Positions 28,594 to 36,661 are shown, counted from the stretch's first letter. The stretch is 42,665 bases of DNA from a virus (IMGVR_UViG_3300047441_000014:1-42665); one strand, 5' to 3'. Notes: generated by a model from the letters alone, not told the origin. Program-made: numbers and translations.

Positions 28594-30165
28594 GTGACCA
28601 CATCCGAGGGCCGCTCCCGCAAGGATAGCGCCGCTCGCGTCCCGCCGCACTCCCTGCAAGCCGAAGAGAGCCTCCTGGGCGCCGCCCTGTTGAGCGCGGC
28701 GGCCGCAGGGGTGTTGGCCACGCAGACGAGGCCCGAGGACTTCTACAAGCCCGCCCACGGACACATCGCGGCCAGCCTGACCCGGGCCTACGAGCAGGGA
28801 TGGCCGGCGGACCCGGTAACGGTGGCCGCCGACCTCGAGCGGGAGGGCCACCTGGCCGAGGTCGGCGGGCCCGCGGTCCTCATCTCCCTACAAGCGGGTT
28901 GCCCGTCGACGACCAACGCCGAGCGCTACGCCCTCATCGTCCACGACCACGCCACCCTTCGGCGCCTCGGCTCGGCCGCCAGCCGGATCGGTGACCTGTC
29001 CTACGACGGTGGGGATGCCCACGAGGCGGTCGAGGCGGCCCACGCCCTGCTCACCGACGTGGCCGCCAACAACGGCCAGCGCGAGTACTCGACCCTGACC
29101 ACGGCCGACGTGGGGGCCATCCTCGACGGGACGTTGGAGCCGGACGAGCCCACGATCCTGCGCCGCAACGACGGCCAGGCCCTCTTCTACGCGGGCAAGG
29201 TGCACGTGCTGCAGGCCGAGCCTACGTCGTACAAGGGGTGGATCGCGCTGGCCGTCTGCGTGGAGATACTGGCCATGGGCGGGTCGGTGGCCTACTACGA
29301 CTGGGAGGACACGGCCCGAGGCGTAGTCCGTCGTCTGATCCAGCTCGGCGCCGACCCCGCCGCCGTCCGGGACCGCTTCCGCCACGTCAAGCCCGAGGGC
29401 CCGATGGGCTCGGCCGAGCTGACCGAGGTACGGGCGCTCATGGCCGAGGTCAACCCCGACGTCGTCGTGTTCGACTCAATGGCCGAGGGGATGACGGCCG
29501 ATTCCCTGAAAGAGAACGACCCCGACGACTGCATTTTGTGGATATCGAAGCTGCCCCGCATGTGCGCCCGCCTCGGGGCCTGCTCGATCATCATTGATCA
29601 CGTCATCAAGGACAAGGAGACGCGGGGCCGGTGGGGCCGCGGCTCCGGCTCCAAGCTCGGCGCCATCGACGGCGTGGCCTACACCGTCGACGTGCTCATC
29701 CCCGGCGATCGGCACAAGGCGGGGAAGGGCAAGATGACGATCGCCAAGGACCGCGAGAGCGGGGTCGGGGCGCAGCGGGAGACGGCGGCCGTGTTCTACG
29801 TCGAGCCCAAGGCCAACGGTGAGGTCGTGCGGCTCCGCTTCGAGCGGGACACGGGTGGCATCTCGGCCGGCGACGGGTTCAAGCCCACGATCCTCATGGC
29901 ACGGTGCTCGGAGATGGTCGAGACGGCGATGGCGCCGCTCACGGCCTCCACCCTCAAGAACCTCATCGGCGGCAAGCCGGACATCGTCACCCAGGCCATC
30001 GCCCGACTGCTCGCGGAGGGCTTCCTGGTCGAGTACAAGATGGGCCGGCGGATGTTCCTCCGGTCGGTGAAGCCCTACGCCGGCGACGGGACGAACGTGG
30101 CGCCACCGCCCGCCGAGCCCGACCCGACGCTCATGGACGACCCCTACGAGGATGGAGATTTCTAG
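28594..30165 (+). CDS. DnaB N-terminal domain fused to RepA/AAA_25-like RecA-fold domain with degenerate Walker A
   Basis: PPHSLQAEESLLGAALL is the DnaB N-domain signature. The central region aligns to the AAA_25 pattern, but the P-loop reads AEPTSYKG instead of GxxGxGK(S/T). Walker B-like VVVFDSM. C-terminal winged-helix-like segment. Confidence 0.7.
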   Translation: MTTSEGRSRKDSAARVPPHSLQAEESLLGAALLSAAAAGVLATQTRPEDFYKPAHGHIAASLTRAYEQGWPADPVTVAADLEREGHLAEVGGPAVLISLQAGCPSTTNAERYALIVHDHATLRRLGSAASRIGDLSYDGGDAHEAVEAAHALLTDVAANNGQREYSTLTTADVGAILDGTLEPDEPTILRRNDGQALFYAGKVHVLQAEPTSYKGWIALAVCVEILAMGGSVAYYDWEDTARGVVRRLIQLGADPAAVRDRFRHVKPEGPMGSAELTEVRALMAEVNPDVVVFDSMAEGMTADSLKENDPDDCILWISKLPRMCARLGACSIIIDHVIKDKETRGRWGRGSGSKLGAIDGVAYTVDVLIPGDRHKAGKGKMTIAKDRESGVGAQRETAAVFYVEPKANGEVVRLRFERDTGGISAGDGFKPTILMARCSEMVETAMAPLTASTLKNLIGGKPDIVTQAIARLLAEGFLVEYKMGRRMFLRSVKPYAGDGTNVAPPPAEPDPTLMDDPYEDGDF

Positions 30166-30166
30166 C

Positions 30167-31606
30167 GTGACCGGTTCGGCCCTGATCCTGCGCGGCGACG
30201 CGCTCCACTTACCCTTGGCCGACGAGTCGGTCGACCTCATCGTGACCAGCCCGCCCTACTTCGCCCTGCGCTCGTATCGGGACGGGGACGAGCACTACGG
30301 GGGCCAGTTGGGCAGCGAACCGACGCCGCAGGCGTTCCTCGAGGCACTGTGGGCCGTCATAGGCGAGTGCTGGCGGGTGCTCAAGCCCTCGGGCTCGTGC
30401 TTCGTCAACCTGGGCGACAAGCGGTCGGGGTCGGGTGGGCACAACAACTCGGGACTCGCCCCGGCTCGGACGGGCGAGTTCGGGACGAGGAAGCACAACG
30501 GTGAGGCACCGAGGTCGCTCCGGACCGCATCCACCCGGCGCAACGCTCCCGACCGGTACAACCAGGCGGCGTTCGGGCGGCGGAAGTCGAAGATGCTCCT
30601 GCCCCACCGATTCGCCATCGGGTGTGAGGATGGGCTGGCTGACCCGGACGGAATCGGGTGGATCGTGCGGGGGGATTACGTGTGGCAGAAGCTCAATGGG
30701 CTGCCCGAGAGCGTGACGGATAGGTGTCGGGATAGTCACGAGTACTTGTTCCATTTGGTCAAATCGGAGCAGTACTTCTCGGCTATTGACGAGGTGCGGG
30801 AAGGCTACGCACCGGGGACCGCCGCCCGGTACGCGGCAGGCTTCAATAGTCGCGATCTTGATACAGAGCGGTGCAGCGTCAACACCAAGCTCGGCGGGGA
30901 CACCTATGGGGAGAACCCCCTCGGTAAGCTGCCCGGGTCGGTGTGGGCGCTCCCGTCCGAGCCGCTACGCACTCCGGACCTCTTCGTGTTGATGCCCGAG
31001 GGCCGAGACGTCGCCTTGTGGGAGGACCGCAAATCGACGCCCCCATGGCGCAAGGCGATGAAGTGGCTGTTCGCAGAGATGTTCCGGAGGCAAGCGCTCG
31101 GACTGGACCAGCCCAGGGTCATCGAGATTAATCACTTCGCGGCCTTTCCGACTGAGTTGGTGAGGAGGGTGATCCTCGGGTGGTCGCCGTCGGGCGTGTG
31201 CGTGGCGTGTGGGGAGGGAAGGCGGCCGGTGGTCGACCGCCAGTATGAGCAGATCGGCAAGAGCACCACAGGGAGCGCCAGCCGGAAGGACGGCCGGGAG
31301 CCCTTCGGACGGACAGACGGCACGGGGATGAACGGCAAGCCCGCCCTTCGGGACGTGTCTACCATCACCGGCTACGCCTGCGCCTGCCCCTTCGACACGG
31401 CGCCCACCCGTCCGAGCGTGATCCTCGATCCGTTCCTCGGGTCGGGTACGACGACCATGGTGGCGCGGGCGCTCGGGAGGGCCGGGATCGGAACGGAGTT
31501 GAGCGCCGACTACTGCCGGCTGGCGAAGTGGCGGACGTTTGACTCGGGCGGTGGGGCGAAGGCCGTGGCGAGGACGAACCGAGAGGCTCAGGGGTCGATG
31601 CTGTAG
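30167..31606 (+). CDS. DNA methyltransferase, beta-class N6_N4 family (SPPY motif IV, suggestive of N4-cytosine specificity), orphan
   Basis: DLIVTSPPY near the N-terminus and ILDPFLGSGTT near the C-terminus (order IV...I). GTG 30167 has GGAG 9 nt upstream; ATG 30152 is an alternative start. Long insertion between motifs. No adjacent restriction enzyme. Confidence 0.85.
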   Translation: MTGSALILRGDALHLPLADESVDLIVTSPPYFALRSYRDGDEHYGGQLGSEPTPQAFLEALWAVIGECWRVLKPSGSCFVNLGDKRSGSGGHNNSGLAPARTGEFGTRKHNGEAPRSLRTASTRRNAPDRYNQAAFGRRKSKMLLPHRFAIGCEDGLADPDGIGWIVRGDYVWQKLNGLPESVTDRCRDSHEYLFHLVKSEQYFSAIDEVREGYAPGTAARYAAGFNSRDLDTERCSVNTKLGGDTYGENPLGKLPGSVWALPSEPLRTPDLFVLMPEGRDVALWEDRKSTPPWRKAMKWLFAEMFRRQALGLDQPRVIEINHFAAFPTELVRRVILGWSPSGVCVACGEGRRPVVDRQYEQIGKSTTGSASRKDGREPFGRTDGTGMNGKPALRDVSTITGYACACPFDTAPTRPSVILDPFLGSGTTTMVARALGRAGIGTELSADYCRLAKWRTFDSGGGAKAVARTNREAQGSML

Positions 31607-31971
31607 GCGTAGCCGTGGGCTGCGTCTTCGCCGGCGTACATGCGCTCGACGGCCTCTTCGAGCTGGTCGAGCTGGTCGATTTTGGGCAACGCCTGGCCGT
31701 GGACCCAGGCCAGGCCGAGCACCGTCACGATGGCGAACCGGTCACGGCCGCGCTGGGCGAGACGAAGGGCACCGAAGGCGACGAGCTCGCGGATGGTGTT
31801 CTCCACCGTCTTGGCCGACCACAACGTCTCCCCCGGCCGCTTTTGGTTGGGGATCGAGGCGCCGTGGGCGATGAGGTCGGGAAGGCGGGACTCCTGGTTC
31901 TCAGAGCCCTGGATTTCCTCGAGGAGGAAGGCGATCAGGAACCGGGAGCGCCGCCAGATCTCACCCTGCAT
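31588..31971 (-). CDS. Winged-helix-like DNA-binding protein (antisense cassette gene 2)
   Basis: Minus strand. Start at the internal ATG 31971 (MQGEIWRRSRF...); 32007 is an alternative. TLWSAKTVENTIRELVAFGALRLAQRGRDRFAIV looks like a wHTH recognition helix plus wing. The 3' end overlaps the methylase 3' end by 19 nt. Confidence 0.55.
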   Translation of the reverse strand: MQGEIWRRSRFLIAFLLEEIQGSENQESRLPDLIAHGASIPNQKRPGETLWSAKTVENTIRELVAFGALRLAQRGRDRFAIVTVLGLAWVHGQALPKIDQLDQLEEAVERMYAGEDAAHGYAYSIDP

Positions 31972-32203
31972 GGGGGTTCCGCAGTGCCCGCTCGGACGCC
32001 GACACATAGGGGTGTGGCGCCCGCTCAGAGCGTTCCACCCGTGCCCGCTCGGCCAACTCCATCGCCAAGCCGACCTGCACGTCGGCCACGTCCTGGGCGG
32101 TCAACCCATGCGCTGGCTGTACGTGGACCTCTTGAACGAGTTGCTCGGCGATGCGGTCGAGGGTGTCGGCGCGCACGAGGGAGAGTGCTGCCTGATCGGG
32201 CAT
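31961..32203 (-). CDS. Small helical protein (antisense cassette gene 1, 80 aa)
   Basis: Minus strand. ATG 32203 has GGAG about 8 nt upstream. MPDQAALSLVRADTLDRIAEQLVQEV... The upstream extension of the ORF track (to 32335) crosses non-coding-like sequence. Confidence 0.5.
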   Translation of the reverse strand: MPDQAALSLVRADTLDRIAEQLVQEVHVQPAHGLTAQDVADVQVGLAMELAERARVERSERAPHPYVSASERALRNPHAG

Positions 32204-32228
32204 TCGGCGTCTCCACTTCTGTGGATAA

Positions 32229-32246
32229 TTCGATCTTCTGATCGAA
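32229..32246. promoter_or_regulatory. Perfect palindrome TTCGATC-TTCT-GATCGAA (operator-like) beside TGGATAAT
   Basis: 7-bp arms 32229-35 and 32240-46 verified. Lies 26 nt upstream of the minus-strand ATG 32203, in an A/T-enriched patch containing a GATAAT/-10-like hexamer. Confidence 0.4.
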
Positions 32247-32314
32247 CCCAAGGGGATGACTCGGGTGGCTGGGCCTGACCTCCCCCGCACCCCCCGGCGA
32301 GGAACGAGCCTAGG

Positions 32315-32356
32315 GGGTAGAGGGGAGGCTGTCAAGAGGCCCTGCTACCTCTACCC
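32315..32356. repeat. Inverted repeat GGGTAGAGG (32315-23) / CCTCTACCC (32348-56), 24-nt loop
   Basis: Arms are exact reverse complements. Embedded in a 218-nt non-coding stretch rich in G- and C-runs, upstream of the HNH gene. Confidence 0.7.
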
Positions 32357-32421
32357 TTCATCCCCTTGCCCACCCCCGGGTTGGCTGGGGAAAACCTGCC
32401 CCCCCTATACCCTGGGTAGCC

Positions 32422-32901
32422 ATGCCCCCCCGCAACCCACGGCCGTGCTCTAGTTGGCCATGCGACGAGATGAGGCCGTGCCCGGTGCATGACCGGCGAG
32501 ATGTGGACGTGGACCGCAAGCGGAATGAGAAGAGGTCGACGTCGTTGGCCATCTATCGGTCGACGAGGTGGAGGAAGCTGAGGGTGGCCTACTTGAGGGA
32601 CCACCCCTGGTGCGTGGGGTACAGGGGTAGGTGTTGGGCACAGGCAAGGCAGGTCGACCACGTGGTGACCATCGAGGACGGTGGGGATCCTTGGGACGAG
32701 GCGAACATGCAGGCGTTGTGCGCGCCGTGCCACTCACGGAAGACGGCCGACGACGTGATGGGGAGGAAGGGGGGTCGCGATCGCGAGAATCCTGGCGTCA
32801 GGGACCGCCGGGGGAGTCCGGCGCGAACCCCGGCACGTCCCACCGCCCTTTCGCCGCCCCCGGTAGGCTTCGAGCCATCCCGGCGTAGGAGGCCAGCGTG
32901 A
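32422..32901 (+). CDS. HNH endonuclease (terminase-associated type)
   Basis: YRSTRWRKLRVAYLRDHPWC...QVDHVVTIEDGGDPWDEANMQALCAPCHSRKT is a canonical phage HNH (DH...N...CxxCH). Lies upstream of the terminase genes. Confidence 0.85.
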   Translation: MPPRNPRPCSSWPCDEMRPCPVHDRRDVDVDRKRNEKRSTSLAIYRSTRWRKLRVAYLRDHPWCVGYRGRCWAQARQVDHVVTIEDGGDPWDEANMQALCAPCHSRKTADDVMGRKGGRDRENPGVRDRRGSPARTPARPTALSPPPVGFEPSRRRRPA

Positions 32902-33095
32902 CCAAGGTGAAGGACCGCAGGGTGTGTTTCCACCGGCTGCGGCGTTGTGGCTTCTGCGGCATCCCCCGCCCCGCCCTACGTGCCCGTCTCCGGTGCCCCG
33001 CCTGCGGCCGCTTCACCCCCGGCCACCACGTAGGCGAGTGCGCCCGGTGCCGCTCCCGAGGCTTCGTCGCCCTCCGCTTGTTCGAGGCCGCCTGA
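32898..33095 (+). CDS. Small Cys-rich zinc-ribbon-like protein (65 aa)
   Basis: GTG 32898 has TAGGAGG 5 nt upstream and is in a GTGA overlap. Three CxxC pairs (CGFC, CPAC, CARC) plus an extra Cys. Confidence 0.55.
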   Translation: MTKVKDRRVCFHRLRRCGFCGIPRPALRARLRCPACGRFTPGHHVGECARCRSRGFVALRLFEAA

Positions 33096-33096
33096 C

Positions 33097-33309
33097 GTGG
33101 GCGGCTACGCCGGCGACATCCCCGACCTCCCTGGCCCCACCGTCCAGATCGCCCCCGCCCACCGCGGGCGGGTCACGGGCTACTCCGTCGCCTGCACCGA
33201 CCACGGCGCCATGCCTGTGCTCGCCCCGTCGAAGCCTGCCGCCCGCCTGGCAGCGACGCGCCACATCGACGCCGAGCACCTCGGCCAAGGAAGGCTGGTG
33301 GAGCGATGA
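33097..33309 (+). CDS. Hypothetical protein (70 aa)
   Basis: GTG one nt after the upstream stop. No motif. Confidence 0.45.
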   Translation: MGGYAGDIPDLPGPTVQIAPAHRGRVTGYSVACTDHGAMPVLAPSKPAARLAATRHIDAEHLGQGRLVER

Positions 33310-33452
33310 TCGGCCGTACCTACCTGGAGAAGGGCCGCCCGGTCGTGGTCCTCTGCCGGTGGACGGGCGCCGGCCTACGCAACGTCCTGATCCGACGGGC
33401 CGACGGCGCGCTCGTTGTCCGCCCGTTCCGTGGACTGCGCAAGGTCGTCTGA
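33306..33452 (+). CDS. Small hypothetical protein (48 aa)
   Basis: ATG 33306 in an ATGA overlap. MIGRTYLEKGRPVVVLCRWTGAGLRNVLIRRADGALVVRPFRGLRKVV. Ends 2 nt before terS. Below the ORF-track cut-off. Confidence 0.4.
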   Translation: MIGRTYLEKGRPVVVLCRWTGAGLRNVLIRRADGALVVRPFRGLRKVV

Positions 33453-33454
33453 CC

Positions 33455-34003
33455 ATGCCCCGCCGCCCGGGCCCCAACCGCCAGCCAGCCGAGGTCATCG
33501 AGCTGCACGGCAATCCGGCGGGTCTGACGAAGGCCGAGATCGAGGACCGCCGGCAGAACGACGTGAAGGCCCGGCCGCTCCGGCCGACGGTGCCCAACTA
33601 CCTCTCCCCCTACGCCCGCGAGTGTTGGAACATGCTCGCCCCCGAGTTGGAGTCGCTCGGCCTGCTCTCCGTGCTCGACGCCCCCGGCTTCATCCTGTGC
33701 TGCGAGACGTGGGCAATCGCCCGCTACGCCCTCGACGACCTCCGGCCCCGCAAGGCCGACGGCACCCCCGACGGCCGCACCCGTCGGCCGCAACTCGTCG
33801 ACCGCGACGAGTCCCACGCCGGCAACTCCAAGAAGCACCCCGCCGCCGCCATCTACTTCCAAGCGGCGGCCCTGTTCAACCGCTACTGCGTCGAGTTCGG
33901 CCTCAGCCCGTCGGCGCGCGTCGCCCTTCGCCCCGGCGCCCGGCCGACGGTGCCCGGCGGTACGCCCGGCGAGGATGAAGACCGAGAGTTCTTCGGCACG
34001 TAG
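33455..34003 (+). CDS. terS: Terminase small subunit (P27 family-like)
   Basis: ATG 33455 within the long 32924 ORF. PNYLSPYARECWNMLAPELESLGLLSVLDAPGFILCCETWA...NRYCVEFGLSPSARVAL fits the P27 small-terminase pattern. Confidence 0.75.
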   Translation: MPRRPGPNRQPAEVIELHGNPAGLTKAEIEDRRQNDVKARPLRPTVPNYLSPYARECWNMLAPELESLGLLSVLDAPGFILCCETWAIARYALDDLRPRKADGTPDGRTRRPQLVDRDESHAGNSKKHPAAAIYFQAAALFNRYCVEFGLSPSARVALRPGARPTVPGGTPGEDEDREFFGT

Positions 34004-34477
34004 GTGGAAACCCTCACCCTCGACGGGATCGACCCCCGGCCCGAGATGCCCTGGCAGCATCGCGGCCGGTCTGACCGCGATGGGGCCGCCCTGGCTGACC
34101 GGCACTACAGCCGCAAGACCCCAGGCACCCCGCAGTGGATGCCCTCCGGCAGAGCGCTGGTCTTCGTCACGCCATGCGGTCGGGCCACGTGGGGGACTTC
34201 GTACTCGGTCCACCCGGACGACGGGCTGGACAGTTGGCGCTGCACCATCTTCCGCAACGAGGGAGCCGGCCTCTCCTCCGACCTGATTCTCCACGCCATG
34301 GCGCTGACCGCCGAGCTGTGGGGCGAACCTCCCGCCGACGGCTGGCTCACCTACGTCAAGCCCGACGAGGTGCGATCGACCAACCCCGGGTTTTGCTTCC
34401 TCAAGGCGGGATGGTGGCGAGATCACTCCTACGTCCCCGATCGTCGCAGGGGGAACCTGATCCGTCTGCGGGCCTAG
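34004..34477 (+). CDS. Conserved-looking protein of unknown function inserted between terS and terL
   Basis: GTG abuts the terS stop, and its TAG overlaps the terL GTG. ADRHYSRKTPG...WRCTIFRNEGAGLSSDLILHAM...STNPGFCFLKAGWW looks globular/enzymatic (possibly acyltransferase-like), but the family is not recognised with confidence. Confidence 0.6.
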   Translation: METLTLDGIDPRPEMPWQHRGRSDRDGAALADRHYSRKTPGTPQWMPSGRALVFVTPCGRATWGTSYSVHPDDGLDSWRCTIFRNEGAGLSSDLILHAMALTAELWGEPPADGWLTYVKPDEVRSTNPGFCFLKAGWWRDHSYVPDRRRGNLIRLRA

Positions 34478-36291
34478 TGGCCCCCGGCGTCATCCTCGAC
34501 CCGGCCGAGCGCCGGGCCCGGGTGGAGGCGGACATGGCCGCCATGCCCGGTCTGCGCAAGGCCATCGAGGGCATGGGGTTGTACGCCGACCTGGACGCCG
34601 AGATTGGCCGGTGCATCCCGCCGATGTACGTCTCGCCGGTCCCGAACCGTGAGTGCCGTCGCCGGTACGGGATCTTCTTCTCGACCGACGAGGTCGTGCG
34701 CCTGCTGGCGTTCTCCCGCCGCCTGCGCCACGTCAAGGGCAGCCAGTGGGCCGGGCACGCCTTCGTTCCCGACCTGTGGCAGGTCATCTACGTCCTCGGG
34801 CCCGTCTTCGGCTGGCGCCAGAAGGACGGGAACCGCTACTTCCGCGAGCTGTTCCTGGAAGTCCCCCGCAAGAACGGCAAGTCGTCGCTCTCGGCCGTGC
34901 TCGCCCTCTACCTGCTCATGGCCGACTCGAACCTGCTCGCCGGCCGCCTCTACGAGCCCGGCGCCGAGGTCTACGCCGCGGCCACGACAACCAAGCAGGC
35001 CCGCAACGTGTTCTCCCCGGCCGAACAGATGGCGCGGCGCTCGCCCTCCATCTCCCGGCGGCTCGGCATGCGGGCCAACGAGTCCCTCGTCTACGAGCGG
35101 ACCCTGTCGCGCTTCGAGGTCATCTCCGGCGACCCGTCCAAGGCCGAGGAGAAGATGGGCGGCAACGTGTCGGGCGCCATCATCGACGAGACGCACGTCC
35201 ACCGCGACGCCCGCCTCATCGAGACGATCGAGTCGGGCACCGTCGGCCGAGCGCAGCCCCTCGTCGCCCACCTGACCACCGCCGGCAGCGACACCGAGGG
35301 CACGATCTACGCCGAGAAGCACGACCTGGCCCTGGCCATCGCCAAAGGCGAGGTCACCGACATCCGCACCTGGGCCGTGGTCTACACCGTCCCCGACGAC
35401 CTGCTCGACCGGTGGGACGACCCCGAGGTGTGGCAGGCGGCCAACCCCGGCCTGCGCATCTCCGTCTCGGTCGAGTACCTGGAGGACTCAGCGGCCAAGG
35501 CCCGCCGGTCCGAGCGCAAGCGGCTCGCCTTCCTGCGCCTGCATCTCAATGTCCGCACGTCGACCGTCTCGCGGTGGGTCGACCTCGACCTCTACGACCG
35601 GGGCTGCGCCTACATCGCCGCCCCGTGGCCGACGGTGAAGGGCAAGGTCGGCTACGGCGGCCTGGACCTGTCCAGCTCGCTCGACCTGTCGGCCCTGGCC
35701 GTCGTCGTGCCCATGTGGGTGCCCGACCCCGCCGACCCCGCCTTCGAGATCGAGATCCTCGAGGTCATCCTGCGGGCATGGACCCCCCGCGACCGCCTCG
35801 CCTCCCGCCCCCCCCGCGAGCGCGAGCTCTTCGGTCGGTGGGCCCAGGCCGGGTGGCTGCGCCTGTGCCCGGGGGAGACGATCGACTACGACGAGATAGA
35901 GGCCGAGGCCATCCTGTTGGCCGACGAGCTCGAGTTGGAGCGCTTGTCCTTCGACCGGTGGGGCAGCAAGCAGCTCGTGAATCATATGCGCGACGGCGGC
36001 TTGCGGGTGGCCGAGGTGGGCCAGGGCTTCGCCGGGATCAGCCCGGCCATGAAGGAAACCGAGAAGATCATCGCCGAGGGCCGGTTCCGCACCGGCGGGA
36101 ACCCGCTCCTGCGCTACGCCTTCGAGAACCTCGCCGTCGAGATGGACGCGGCCGGCAACATCAAGCCCAACCGGGCCAAGTCGTCGGGCCACGTGGACCC
36201 CGCCGTCGCCGTCGTCATGGCCATCGACGGCTACGCCCGGGCCATGTTCACCGAGTCGGTCTACGAAGAGCGCGGCATGGCGTCGGCCTAA
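34477..36291 (+). CDS. terL: Terminase large subunit (Terminase_1/HK97-like)
   Basis: Walker A: EVPRKNGKSSLSAVLALYLL. Walker B: GAIIDETH. C-terminal nuclease region. GTG 34477 start (ATG 34534 alternative). Confidence 0.9.
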   Translation: MAPGVILDPAERRARVEADMAAMPGLRKAIEGMGLYADLDAEIGRCIPPMYVSPVPNRECRRRYGIFFSTDEVVRLLAFSRRLRHVKGSQWAGHAFVPDLWQVIYVLGPVFGWRQKDGNRYFRELFLEVPRKNGKSSLSAVLALYLLMADSNLLAGRLYEPGAEVYAAATTTKQARNVFSPAEQMARRSPSISRRLGMRANESLVYERTLSRFEVISGDPSKAEEKMGGNVSGAIIDETHVHRDARLIETIESGTVGRAQPLVAHLTTAGSDTEGTIYAEKHDLALAIAKGEVTDIRTWAVVYTVPDDLLDRWDDPEVWQAANPGLRISVSVEYLEDSAAKARRSERKRLAFLRLHLNVRTSTVSRWVDLDLYDRGCAYIAAPWPTVKGKVGYGGLDLSSSLDLSALAVVVPMWVPDPADPAFEIEILEVILRAWTPRDRLASRPPRERELFGRWAQAGWLRLCPGETIDYDEIEAEAILLADELELERLSFDRWGSKQLVNHMRDGGLRVAEVGQGFAGISPAMKETEKIIAEGRFRTGGNPLLRYAFENLAVEMDAAGNIKPNRAKSSGHVDPAVAVVMAIDGYARAMFTESVYEERGMASA

Positions 36292-36355
36292 CCCCTTGAC
36301 GAACCGGGCCGGACGTGGTTAGTTCGTGCTGCGTATTGACCAGTAAGGGAGCATG

Positions 36356-36385
36356 CCGATGCCCGATACCCCGATGCCCGATATC
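36356..36385 (+). repeat. 15-bp tandem duplication CCGATGCCCGATA(C/T)C x2 at the 5' end of a small gene
   Basis: 36356-70 and 36371-85 differ at one base. Encodes PMPDT-PMPDI and creates three in-frame ATGs (36353, 36359, 36374). Confidence 0.9.
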
Positions 36386-36661
36386 CCTGGGCTCCCCAGC
36401 GAACCGTTCTTCCGCCGTGACCTCACCGACGACATCCGCGTCATGGGCGTCAGCGCTGGGGTCCACCTCTCGCACGGCGGCCGACGGCTCGGCTACTACG
36501 AGTCGTCGTCCCTCGTCTTCGAGCCCTCCCAGGCTCGCCAGTTGGCCGCCCTTCTGGTGGAGGTTGCCGACCCGATCGACCCCGATGTCGGCGCCGCCCC
36601 GCTACCGGCGGTGATCTACGACCCCAACCGCGTCAGTGTCACGGTCGAGTCCGATGTCTGA
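36359..36661 (+). CDS. Hypothetical protein (about 100 aa)
   Basis: AAGGGAG (36345-51) is 7 nt from ATG 36359. ATG 36353 is too close to the SD but cannot be excluded. Confidence 0.55.
   Translation: MPDTPMPDIPGLPSEPFFRRDLTDDIRVMGVSAGVHLSHGGRRLGYYESSSLVFEPSQARQLAALLVEVADPIDPDVGAAPLPAVIYDPNRVSVTVESDV

Noticed and set aside
32229-32260. GGTTCGATC on the minus strand, resembling a tRNA T-loop
   Set aside because: No matching T-stem, acceptor stem or anticodon arm could be drawn. The sequence is simply one arm of the TTCGATC/GATCGAA palindrome. No tRNA was found anywhere in the window.
32256-32453. 65-aa + strand ORF in the large non-coding region
   Set aside because: The translation is Pro/Gly/Arg-rich, there is no RBS, and it overlaps the start of the HNH gene out of frame. 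It is better explained as non-coding regulatory or packaging sequence.
36295-36352. Possible promoter (TTGACG … TTAGTT) and weak hairpin after terL
   Set aside because: The -10 candidate does not fit TANNNT. The stem (ACGAAC/GTTCGT) is short and has a long loop. The evidence is too weak to call a feature.
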